A DNA stretch of 64,000 nucleotides. Origin: Oopsacas minuta. Taxonomy: Eukaryota > Animalia > Porifera. Location: contig JAKMXF010000133.1 of assembly GCA_024704765.1 (NCBI GenBank), positions 62,001 to 126,000 on the forward strand, written 5' to 3'. This document shows positions 34,901 to 44,796 of this stretch, one piece after another. Made by a program: the position numbers and the translations under genes. Positions within the stretch are counted from its first letter, which is position 1; each line of letters begins with the position of its first letter. The notes beneath the pieces were generated by a model. The model did not search any database, was not told where the DNA came from, and saw only the letters and a list, made by a program, of their open reading frames with translations.

Positions 34901-36882
34901 CTCTACTGTACATAGTACCAATAAAGTGACATATATATCTATAGTTCCATATTCAAATTTCGTGTGTAATACGTGTATTTTTCGATTTCCACATACATGA
35001 AAACCCAACTCAAACAATTGAGATTTCGACTAACTGATCGCCGGTAATCCCAATCTCTGACCTGATCCAACGGAAGTCAGGGCCTTTGGACCAATTGGTG
35101 GTCCACATACGACCGAAGAGTGTGCACAGAAGGTGTTAAAATGGGTACAAGTAGGGTCTAAGGTGGAATCTCTGAATTTTGACCGGTGATATAATTTCCA
35201 AGAATAATACATACTTGCATACTTACAAAACCAAAAATATTTGGAGAATAATTACACTAATTAGATTATCATTGCATTTTTATGATTCTTCATAAACAGA
35301 AGAAACAATAGCAATATTTATACGTACAAATTGAGTTATATAAGGTTCGGAATTGAAATATTTATGTACCATTTCATGCCACTTTAACCCTCTCAGGTGT
35401 ACACGTATCCAATGCCAGTGCCATATGTATATACTTACTGGTACCACACAAACATTCCTGACACTTTCCCGCCATTATCCAAATGTTCAGGCGGGTAAAT
35501 AACATAATGTCCCAATTCTATTATTAGAATGGCAGAAAGTAAACTTCCAGACAAGAAGGTGTCAGAATACAAAGAGGCTTTCGAAATATTCGACAAAGAT
35601 GGAGACGGTAGAATAACAGCTGATGAACTGAGACAAGTCGTTGAGAGTATGGGGAAAGTTTGCACCCCCGAGGATGCCAAAAAAATGATCTCCGAAGCTG
35701 ATAAGGACAAAAATGAGACAATAGAATTCGGGGAATTCGTCACTATGATGGAAGAAAGCATGTCCAATGCGGGCGACGAAATGCTGAAAGCATTCAAATT
35801 CTTTGATAAAGACGGAGATGGAAAAATCACAAAAGATGAACTCAAATTGGCTATGAAGGAACTTGGGGAAAATATGTCCGATGCTGAGATTGACGCTATG
35901 ATCAAGTCAGCTGACCTTGATGACGATCATCAAATTGATTTTCAGGAATTCAAAAATATGATGGGGAAGGAGGACGAAAAGTAGACTTAACACCTCTCTG
36001 TAGCTATTTTTAGAATATTTAGCCTATTAGGATTATTACTCAGTACTCTTAGGAATCTGTATTGATATATGCTACTTCATTATAACACTTATCTGCCACT
36101 TATATATGCTACTTTATTATGATACCTATCTGCCACTTCATTATGACATCTATGTTTGTGTACCGACTTGGTTTCAGTTCTAGAAGTTGGCACGGAATTA
36201 GTAAATTTGAGATACTTTAAAAGTGTATTTAGGCGGGGATTAACGAAAATAGGCGCGTTTAAATTTCAACCAATCAGAATTTACCTCTAAGACATCACTC
36301 AAAACGGAAATTTCCATCAAAGCTTTTCTCAAACTTTCTTTTGGCGCCACAAACTCAGATTTTGATTGATTAATTCCAACAGCTAGATTCCTAGTTTTGT
36401 CCCTCTCCTCTGACAATCTCTCCTCTTCACTCTGAAATAGTCCCATGTCCAAATCTCTACTAAATTCTAGGCGCTGAACATTACGAGACAGCTGTTCAGA
36501 GAGTGACAATTTTTCTTCATAACTAAAAATAGAATGTTACCATAAATATGTGCTTCTCAATATTTTCGCCCGCGGACACCTATGATCAAATTATGGGAAC
36601 CACGGCTATAAATAGACTGTCACAAGTGTCGTTTAAAATCGGGATATCCAACAAGCCCTGAGTAGACACCCCAGATACCCAAAACTGGCACCTATGACCC
36701 CTACTGTCCCCCATGGACCGCAGGTAGGAATCGATGATTTAGCTGTTTGTTATGCTACATTTGTTTACACAACTTTTGTTTGTTTACATTTCTTGTGCTT
36801 CCCAAGTGAATTCTTGTATGAGTCTCCTCTGAAGAGGTTCAATACTAATTAAATTAGATGGACACCCTGTGTTACCTGACAT
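25986..36882 (-). CDS. MED17: Mediator subunit 17, about 7 exons (36882-36788, 36522-36285, 28277-28005, then exons down to 25986); intron 2 = 28278-36284
   Basis: Spliced sequence: LISIEP...[21 protein letters not shown]...[17 protein letters not shown]|IVNK...LLKSA..L...[10 protein letters not shown]|[13 protein letters not shown]...CPVTLDIP|...[21 protein letters not shown]. This is colinear with MED17 motifs (LSMSQNLARLAQRIDF, GDLSYRSAG, WQTKLEAAQ), and the intron phases match. Confidence 0.88.
28741..28791. repeat. (aaagtggcat)x5 tandem repeat
   Basis: A perfect 10-bp unit repeated five times. Confidence 0.85.
29308..29787 (+). CDS. Calmodulin-like EF-hand protein 1 (intronless, nested in MED17 intron)
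   Basis: Four canonical loops: [36 protein letters not shown] and [12 protein letters not shown]. Confidence 0.92.
   Translation: MAGKSEGASAERIKELSDMFKSFDKDGDGRITFLELKEALESIGDYKSEKDIRDMINEVDQDKNGTIEFNEFAIYFDKNIKEMQARRDEMELTFNTFDIDGDGFITFKELTTVFSSMGEDMSEQSVKDMITKVDLNHDGKLDFNEFTKLWKKLNTEDDN
31118..31564 (+). CDS. Degenerate calmodulin-like protein 2 (nested)
   Basis: CaM-like helix spacing ([13 protein letters not shown]..., [16 protein letters not shown]). Only EF1 is near canonical. Confidence 0.7.
   Translation: MTESIDNYFTPQELEMFRLTFNIFDKDNDSKLHLEEAKVALDKIGEKLTQEDYVTLLVMCECVNMTAIEFPIFKLLVFKKRELEIYTADTIDNFGGLNSREELQEIMQELGANKTDAEFDQMFRGAKMNEDNEITLLEYVRILNMSNQ
32212..32387. mobile_element. 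176-bp MITE-like element
   Basis: The TIR agtcaggggtttatacagg matches the reverse complement of cctagataaacccctgact at 17/19 positions. Both sides are flanked by tgt. Confidence 0.55.
33074..33559 (+). CDS. Calmodulin-like EF-hand protein 3 (nested)
   Basis: [53 protein letters not shown] and [12 protein letters not shown]. Confidence 0.93.
   Translation: MAQKVNDDSQLAKEYGITEEQVGEYREAFRLFDKDGDGTITCKELLAVLNSLGQKCTEKEAKEMIAEVDTDQNETIELGEFIQIMRKKHSKKTKTEELKEAFKCFDKNGDGHISHAELKEVMKSMGQEMDDSQIEQMIIAADTNSDGEIDFEEFRRMMSES
34822..34908. mobile_element. 87-bp Tc1/mariner (pogo/Tigger-type) MITE
   Basis: TA|cagtggaatctcc...ggagactctactg|TA, i.e. imperfect ~24-bp TIRs starting CAGT with a TA flank on both sides. 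Confidence 0.65.
35529..35984 (+). CDS. Calmodulin-like EF-hand protein 4 (nested)
   Basis: [36 protein letters not shown] and [12 protein letters not shown]. Confidence 0.93.
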   Translation: MAESKLPDKKVSEYKEAFEIFDKDGDGRITADELRQVVESMGKVCTPEDAKKMISEADKDKNETIEFGEFVTMMEESMSNAGDEMLKAFKFFDKDGDGKITKDELKLAMKELGENMSDAEIDAMIKSADLDDDHQIDFQEFKNMMGKEDEK

Positions 36883-37087
36883 CTGATTGGTGGAAATATC
36901 TAGTAAACATATACGAGCAAATAAGTAAACAACAATAAAGGTGTGAAAATATGATTAATAGAACCAATCATATGAAATATTGCAGTGAATAAAACAACCA
37001 ATAGAATGTTTGCTTTCTCAATTTGGAACTAATAATATTAAACGCCAAAAGGTGTGAAAACTAACCCAAGAACTACATTGATATACC

Positions 37088-37131
<44 letters not shown>

Positions 37132-37207
37132 GAATAATATGATTAAGCACAATTCAATATTACAATCACTAAATATTAATTAAACTAATTGGAACTAATT
37201 AGAAGTG

Positions 37208-40200
37208 TTAGTTAGGAGGTCTGACAGGAGTGTCCCTGGGGTCTCTCGCTCTCCTCATCAAAATGTTCCTCATCGTCTTCATAGCTAGCTTTGGCTCCCT
37301 CCAGTTCCATCATGTTTACGCACTCAGAGTGATCTGGGGCCTTCATTGGGTAAGTAGATCTTCTAAAAAATAGATTTACATATGACACAAGGTGTGAAAA
37401 TTAATCATAAACAAATACACTACATTGTCAAAAGAAGAACAGAACACTACAATTTGTGACACAAAGGGCGAGGTGTTGAAACAATAACTTGTTACTTGTT
37501 TATGACATATAAATGTTCAAACTTTGTTCGAAATAATCTTTGTTTATGTAACTAAAGTGGCATGCATGTTGGTGCCACGTGTCAATTGTGGCAGGGTGTA
37601 TCAACAGCAGTGGCGGTCTCATGGTGTCGCATAGCAGACGGTACAATTACCACATAAATACACCAAAATATGATTAATCTAACACCTACCGTTTGGGCAG
37701 AAACAATTCTATTGATTTTAAATTTTCATTACTAGCGAAGTTATCTTCAGGAAATTCTATACAGAACTTAAAGTATAGATTCCCACGGCCTGTCTGGGAA
37801 CTCTTCGGCATTCCCTCTCCAAATAGCCCCTTCACACATTCGTGTGCCAACACGCGCCCCTGAGGACTCCTGATTATCAGTTTACGACCATCTAAATGTG
37901 TGAACATGAAACTACATCCGGTTAGAGCCTCCGTAAGTGTCACTTTTTGTTCCACAAATAAGTCATCTTTCTGTCGCTGGATTGTGTCGTGTGGTTTTTG
38001 TTGAAGAACAACCACAACATCCCCTGAGTCCATGTCAGGGTGTTGGTCCGCTTCTCCAGCGAATGGGATCTTCTGTCCATGTCGCATTCCTGGCTCTACA
38101 TCGATCTAATAATAGAACACTATAAATTCCTGAGATACAAACAACTCACCATAGAAACATTGTATAAACTAATTTAATTATGACCATATTATGGGTGGAT
38201 AGGACACATTTTTGGGCCCTTATTTTTTACAAATGACCACTGGCGGAGGTGTAAAAATATGATTAATCAATCAAAAGTATGTTTAATTGGGATATATTCA
38301 ATACAAATACATTAGCGAATATGAACCAATAGAATACGAGTATTCATAATACGATAGCCAGCAATCTTATTGGTCAAAATTATAATACCAAATAAGGTGT
38401 TAAAATGATTACTTCACAAATCCTGACCCTAGGTACACTTCTACACCCCTAATTGTACCCATGTAACTATTTATATATCAAATTTCCCGCCACAAAGGTG
38501 ACAAAATAAACAACTCATGATTTCTTAACAGGCAATCCTGACCAATCAATTTTGGGGTATATCAATTATGATATTCCATAGCAACCATTATCATTTAAGG
38601 AATGCTATTAATTTAAGGAATGTGAATTGAAAGCATATTTCTGATAAGATATTATCATATCATAAAGTGGCTCCATCAGAAGATTATATAACCAATAACA
38701 TTAATGTGTAAGATATAAATATGGAAAAATATGAATAATATGCATCTAAAGATGGCATGCAATTCAATAGACACAGAAATAAACGTGACACCATTTGAAA
38801 AATTGGAACAGCTCATCTATGTCACTTATAAGAAGATAGTGGAGGTGGCGGTGGCGAGACGGGACCACCTTTTGGAACAATTGGGTGAGCTTAAAATAGT
38901 ATATATAACAAAAGAGGAGACAAGATTGCGAGAAATCAGAGATCTAGAGAAGATGATTGGCCAATTGAGTGACATGAGTGTCCAACAGAACAAAATTGCA
39001 AAAATGCATGAAGAACACCTTTTAAAAATGAAACAAGAAAAGGAACAGTCACTAACACCAACACCTATGCCTATAATTAGTTTCAGTTCCAGTGGGCTGG
39101 TTTCTATCCTCAAAAACTTAGAAAAACTTGGCGCACTAGAGGACACTAAAAATCTATACAAAGACAAGATTCAACCAGTCAAAAGCTTTGGTAAGGAAGG
39201 TGCCAAGAGGGGGGAACTGAATCTGTCTCTTGATATTTCAATCGATGAAAATATGAGAATTTATATAGCGGATCATTGGAACAAGAGGGTACAGGTTTTC
39301 ACACTTGAGGGCAAATTTATCGCTGAAATAGGTAAGGGCCACTTAGCGTGCCCGTATTCTGTGGAGTGTTTTGAAGGACACATTTTTGTGAGTGATTGGA
39401 ATTTGAATACAGTTTTTAAGTTTGATTTGACACATTACAAACTGGTTTGCAAAAGTGACAAAGCTGAATTCTGTCTGCCATTTGGACTGACAGTCGACAC
39501 AAATGGAGAAGTGTTAGTGGCGGATATGAAGAACAATCGCGTGGCAGTGTGCACAACAAACTTAAAAGTAATCGGAGAAATTGGGAAGGACAGATTAAAG
39601 TTTCCAAGAGCAGTCCTTGCCCAATTGTACCAATTAATAATAGCGGACAACAACGAGACACATAACATCCACATATTCTCTAAAAGTGGTGAATTCCTCA
39701 AAAGTGTCATTAAGCTGGAAAATGGCACAGACCACATTTTTATGTGTCTCGATAAGTTCAGTAATTTATTGGTGAGTGATGATAAAGGACAATCAGTACA
39801 AATATACAATAATGAAGGGGAACTGATACACAGGATAGGGTCCAAAGGTTACCCCAGGGGTGTATTGGTGTGTAATGAAGTTATCATATGTTCACGATTT
39901 GAGAATGTTATTGATTTCTATTAGTTTGTTTGTATTTGTGTTTGTTTAATTGTTATTAAGAATAAAAATGATAATATATACAAATCAGGGCGACTGATGG
40001 AACCTTAAGGACTGTTTCTCGTGTCCAATGGGGGCGTGAACCAATCCATAAGTGTTTGTACGTCCAGAATTGATTGAAGAAAATAGAAGACCCCACTTTA
40101 AAGGTAGTTCGAAAAACCACCTTTAAAGTGGCATGCGGGGATGGCTCACTAATCTAACGTGGCATATATACAAAGAACAGTTTTCACACCTATTTGTGCC

Positions 40201-40991
40201 ACTTACCATCAGTTCACAATCCTTTTTAACAACTTTAGATCCATTACAAACTTTACATTTGTCTTTCTCATTTATTTGTTCTCCTTGTCCGTGACAGGTG
40301 GAGCAAGCACTCTGTGTTTGCATAATCATTCCTGTAAACAAATTTGTTTACTTATCTGATATTACTCAGTTTGTTTGTTTGTTTGTTTATCTGTCTGTCA
40401 GTCTGTCAGTCTGTCGGTACGTCCGTGACCGTTAGTTTGTCTGTTTAGTCATTTGTTTATCTGTTCGTGTGTCTGTTTGTGTGTGTATTTACATATTCGT
40501 ATCATATATTTGTCAGTCTGTTTGTTTGTTTGTTTGTTGCTATTATAATCAAACCTGGTCCCGATTGTACAACTTTCATAACCATTCCTTGTCCGCGACA
40601 CTCTCGACACGTCTGTACAGCGCCAGGTTTGCCACCCGCACCTCTACACTTGTGACATATTACATCTTTATCGTAATTAACCTTACCCATAGAACCTGTG
40701 TATAGCTCTGCTAAAGTTACCTAAAATAGAAAAGTCTATAAATAGAATTATTATTCTGGGCGCGAGAAAGCGGGAAATATTCATTCTGGGCGGGCTTTGC
40801 ATAATGTTAAATTTTAAGGCGGGATTTGTTAAAATAAGATAACTTACTTCATGAGGTACCATAAAAGTTTTCCCCTTTCTCCTCCTGGATCTGCCACCCA
40901 TCATTTGCCCGCCAAATAGTGACTCGAAGGGGTGACCACCTCCTCCACCTCCTCCAAACATAGAAAATATGTCATCATTCCCTCCAAACAT
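37208..40991 (-). CDS. DNAJA-type Hsp40 lacking a J-domain (exons 40991-40848, 40720-40555, 40331-40207, 38105-37690, ~37362-37208)
   Basis: A G/F-rich start, VTLAELYTG, four CxxCxGx(G) motifs (CHKCRGAG, CRECRGQG, CSTCHGQG, CKVCNGSK), IDVEPGMRHGQKIPF.GEADQ, TLTEALTG and EGMP...GNLYFKF. No HPD motif was found. Confidence 0.85.
38731..39924 (+). CDS. Intronless coiled-coil plus NHL-repeat protein (TRIM-NHL-like, no RING/B-box), nested in DNAJA intron 3
   Basis: FGKEGAKRGELN...ISID...IYIADHWNKRVQVF, PFGLTVDTNGEVLVADMKNNRV and LKFPRAV. Confidence 0.88.
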   Translation: MNNMHLKMACNSIDTEINVTPFEKLEQLIYVTYKKIVEVAVARRDHLLEQLGELKIVYITKEETRLREIRDLEKMIGQLSDMSVQQNKIAKMHEEHLLKMKQEKEQSLTPTPMPIISFSSSGLVSILKNLEKLGALEDTKNLYKDKIQPVKSFGKEGAKRGELNLSLDISIDENMRIYIADHWNKRVQVFTLEGKFIAEIGKGHLACPYSVECFEGHIFVSDWNLNTVFKFDLTHYKLVCKSDKAEFCLPFGLTVDTNGEVLVADMKNNRVAVCTTNLKVIGEIGKDRLKFPRAVLAQLYQLIIADNNETHNIHIFSKSGEFLKSVIKLENGTDHIFMCLDKFSNLLVSDDKGQSVQIYNNEGELIHRIGSKGYPRGVLVCNEVIICSRFENVIDFY

Positions 40992-41400
40992 GTTACTAAT
41001 TATAGGCTAAATTGAGAGATCAAATGAATGATAGATGGTAAATAAAGTGGCACAACTGATTCTGCCGCTAGGACACAATTTCAATAACCTTGGAGAATAA
41101 AGTATTATATAAGAATTAGTGCGGGAAGACTAGAATCTGCTGGAATATTCTAGAATATATTACAGGCTAAAATTAGAAGAAATTGTTCTATTAATAAACT
41201 CTAATCTGATTGGGCAATTAGAACACTGACTGCTTGCAAATACTTGAGTAGTAATAGTGACACAATTTGGTGGCTTCGTACACATTTTTGTCAACAATAT
41301 AAATAAACACATTTTGAATATTATTATCATTTCCATAATTAATGATTCACACCTAATTTGTCAATAACAACAATTAATTACTAGTTTATAAACAAACAAA

Positions 41401-42537
41401 TTAAATGTCAACAAACTCAAAATAACTTAACACAAACAAAGTGGCACTCAATGCCACTCCAATCGCTACTATAGTTACAGAAAGTGTCACAGGAATGTAT
41501 AAATTGTGTCCGATCTTAGATTTTAGGAATTTCCTAATCCGCTTTGAATTGAATCTCCGTGGCATAAATATTTGGGTATATCTTCGGTTGCTAAGGAGAG
41601 GTGTCAATGGAATGTGATTAATTCGTGACAACCGAAATGGCGGGTAAGTTTGAAATAATATCAAAGAATTTCGAATTATTTCTTCAAAATTTAGATCTCT
41701 GGGGAGGTGTGATAAGAATTGGTGTACTTGAGCCATCTCACATTCCACAGTCAATAACTCTTTTCTACGTTGTAACACAATGGCAGCTGTCACATAAAGT
41801 GGCATGAAAGGGTGACAAACTAGGAAAAGATCAAAGAAACGAAGCAACAAACCAAGTTCTGATAAAGAGTGGCTGAACCAAGTTATGAGCCAAGAAAGAC
41901 AAAATATTTCACCAACGCCACTTCGTGCCATAAAACCACCTAAAACAGGATCAGACTGTGCCACAATGCCGTTTAGGAATTTCAATATGGTACTTGTACG
42001 CGACATATCGCGATACATGAAATCTATTAATATATTTTGTGACACAAACCATAAAAAAGTTGTCGCGAATGGACAATAACCGACACAAAGCAAGATGGTT
42101 AATGCTATATCATGGTAACCTTGATAGTAGTGTAAATGTGTCCCCTGGTGGAGCACATTCATTATAAGCTGTATGGTGTGTCCCTGCCACTTTAAAGTGT
42201 CGTGTTCCGACATCTTTTTTGGCATTCTTGAGCCACTTCTTCTTACATCCATTTTCACTATTTTAAAGTCTTTGTGTTCAGAATAATCTTTGAAAACTCG
42301 ATCGAAATCTGATTGGCCAATATTTCCTAATTCGTAGCTGGTCTCAAAAGGTGGCGCGTGAAAATTAATTGTGTCCGAATGTGGATTTATTATTTTTGGC
42401 CATACCAATGATCTAGTTTGGTTGTCAAGCAAACCACCTTGAGAACGACAACAATCGTGAAGCTGTGATTGGTCATATGCAGAGTTTTGTAAGGCTAATT
42501 TTATTTGTTTGTGTTTTTCATTTCTCCAATAATTCAT
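41401..42537 (-). CDS. TBC1D20: TBC-domain Rab GAP, intronless
   Basis: GGLLDNQTRSLVWPKI, IVKMDVRRS (Arg finger), LHYYQGYHDI, FCLSWLITWFSH, RFFDLFLVCHPFMPLYVTAAIVL and a C-terminal TM helix. Confidence 0.9.
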   Translation of the reverse strand: MNYWRNEKHKQIKLALQNSAYDQSQLHDCCRSQGGLLDNQTRSLVWPKIINPHSDTINFHAPPFETSYELGNIGQSDFDRVFKDYSEHKDFKIVKMDVRRSGSRMPKKMSEHDTLKWQGHTIQLIMNVLHQGTHLHYYQGYHDIALTILLCVGYCPFATTFLWFVSQNILIDFMYRDMSRTSTILKFLNGIVAQSDPVLGGFMARSGVGEIFCLSWLITWFSHSLSELGLLLRFFDLFLVCHPFMPLYVTAAIVLQRRKELLTVECEMAQVHQFLSHLPRDLNFEEIIRNSLILFQTYPPFRLSRINHIPLTPLLSNRRYTQIFMPRRFNSKRIRKFLKSKIGHNLYIPVTLSVTIVAIGVALSATLFVLSYFEFVDI

Positions 42538-43282
42538 TGCTAAAGTAAACAATAATAACAACAAACAACAAACATTTGGGAGTAAACAAATATCTTATAC
42601 ATAAAATATATATCTTGTAAACCCTTGGAGCTGACAGGCCGACACATTTATCACTTTCTCGCAGAGATATGTTGAAACTAGAACAATGTATTCATATGTC
42701 ATACAGAAGCCAATTTTCAAGTGCCTAACACCTACAAGTTCTCCCAAACAACAACAACAGGCTCCACTTAATAGGGTTACATTGGTACCAGCGACCAATT
42801 TGACCCGATTAACCTGTGGCTCTTTCCTTTAGTTCCATATTTGACACGATTTTTCCCAAATAACATTGTGTAATATAATTAATAGTTAGAGGAAAACTTA
42901 GCTAGAATACATTACGATATATCATGTAATGAATATGATTATTTGGGAAATGAACCTTGAGAGATATTACAAATAAACAAAACTGGAACTAATTAATTCT
43001 GATAAGTAAACAAATCATTTATGAAAGCACAAAATATTTGTCCAAAAAAACAAGAAACGAGAATTAATTCCTGAGTAATATCCCCGCTTGTAATTATTCA
43101 TCTAAGAAATAAACTCTTGCATAATATGGAACTGAAACTAAAGCTTACATCAACAACTTAACCACTTTTGTATAACACAATTTTGGTAATTTATCCTATA
43201 TATATATGTATAACGTGTATATAGTTTTAGAGACATATAAATACAAATAACGCCAAACAAATCAACAAACAAATCAACAAAA

Positions 43283-44464
43283 ATGAACGCAACAATAATC
43301 GATGAAAGTTTCATGAACGGGTTTAACATCCTTAACTATGTTCTAGTAGGAACAACAACAACAATAATAATAATATGCGCATTTTGGATCTGGTACTATA
43401 TCTCAAGTGTTCACCTGGGCAAACGCAAGGTGGCAAACGCAAACAAACGAGAATTGTTAACACCAATAAGCCATGACCTACATTACCTCAAATCTCAGAG
43501 GATCAGGCATTATCTTTTCATCTCAATATTGGCCTTCGAAATGATTCGCAAAATTCTGGCATTAGTCGAATACTTCTACGTTGCTAACCTAGACTCAAAA
43601 TACTATTACATTGAGTTACCTAGCAACCAAGCTGCAGAGAAGGTATGTCCCAAAGATTTACACGACATGGTCATGAAGCGTCCAATACTGATCCTCATCC
43701 ATTCGCTAAATTTCACCGCCACCCTCTGTCTGGTGTCCCTCGTGGGTATCACTATGCTGTTCCTATCAAAAATGTACGGAGGTGACAAGAAGTTCACAAG
43801 TGTGAAAGCGTTGGTGGTTATTCTGGCTATAAAAGCTGTGTTGGTGCTAATCCTGTCCAGCACGGTCTTCTTACACGTCGCGGGTTACTTCGTGTGGCTA
43901 TTCTGTCTGATTTTTGATTGGGTATTAATCGTCATATTCGCGTGTAAACTCAACAAAAGAATCTCCACTACGACAACTAATCGCGATGTGCCAGCAGAAT
44001 TGAAACCGGCACGGCGCCATACACGTGACCACCGTATCATATCTTGCATATCCACATTCCTAACTGGATTCGTGTTGCTATACATAATGTCACAGATAGT
44101 TGGTGTGTCAATTGACATCGCAGATTTGGTAATAATCCGTCCGTGTTTGTTTCGTTACTTTGGAATTTGGATCAATTCTTCGACCACGCAAGAAATACTG
44201 GAATTTATTCAGATAAGAGATGGACTGATTGCAATGGTTTACTCGATTTGTTTCATTTTCGATTTTAGCATCATTGTCACGCATTTTTTCTTGTTGCTAA
44301 GGAACTACAGAAAGGTATGGGAAAAGTTGTTGTGTAAACAAACACATGGTTACGTAAATGTGAAAAAGGTGGAGCTACAAGAGCCACTTTTGAGTGGCGA
44401 CAATAATATTTGGACTGATGAGACATATGTCAAGAAGCTTCAAGGTTCATCTGTTATGATGTGA
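43283..44464 (+). CDS. Orphan multi-pass membrane protein with about 7 TM helices, intronless
   Basis: Seven hydrophobic stretches, an N-terminal NAT sequon and a polar C-tail. No GPCR family motif recognised. Confidence 0.7.
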   Translation: MNATIIDESFMNGFNILNYVLVGTTTTIIIICAFWIWYYISSVHLGKRKVANANKRELLTPISHDLHYLKSQRIRHYLFISILAFEMIRKILALVEYFYVANLDSKYYYIELPSNQAAEKVCPKDLHDMVMKRPILILIHSLNFTATLCLVSLVGITMLFLSKMYGGDKKFTSVKALVVILAIKAVLVLILSSTVFLHVAGYFVWLFCLIFDWVLIVIFACKLNKRISTTTTNRDVPAELKPARRHTRDHRIISCISTFLTGFVLLYIMSQIVGVSIDIADLVIIRPCLFRYFGIWINSSTTQEILEFIQIRDGLIAMVYSICFIFDFSIIVTHFFLLLRNYRKVWEKLLCKQTHGYVNVKKVELQEPLLSGDNNIWTDETYVKKLQGSSVMM

Positions 44465-44796
44465 GGTTTATATGAATATTTTAACACCTTTTGTTTATTA
44501 TAACTTGTTGTTTACTTGATTAAGTGGCTAATTAAATTAGAGTTATTTATGACAAACATCTTTGTCCGAAATTTTGGAGAAATTGGTAAGAACCACAAAC
44601 TTGAAATGTGGCACAACTTAAATCACTTATAAATATCAAAGCCACATCCCGACACATCTCAGAGAAAAGGTGACAATTGTGTCGTCTAATTATATTCTAT
44701 TAGAAATAAATAAATTCGTTCACACAAAATAATAAAAATGTGAAAAACTAAAATTCGTAAATAAAAAGTGATAAATAATAATAAATAATTTGGTAC

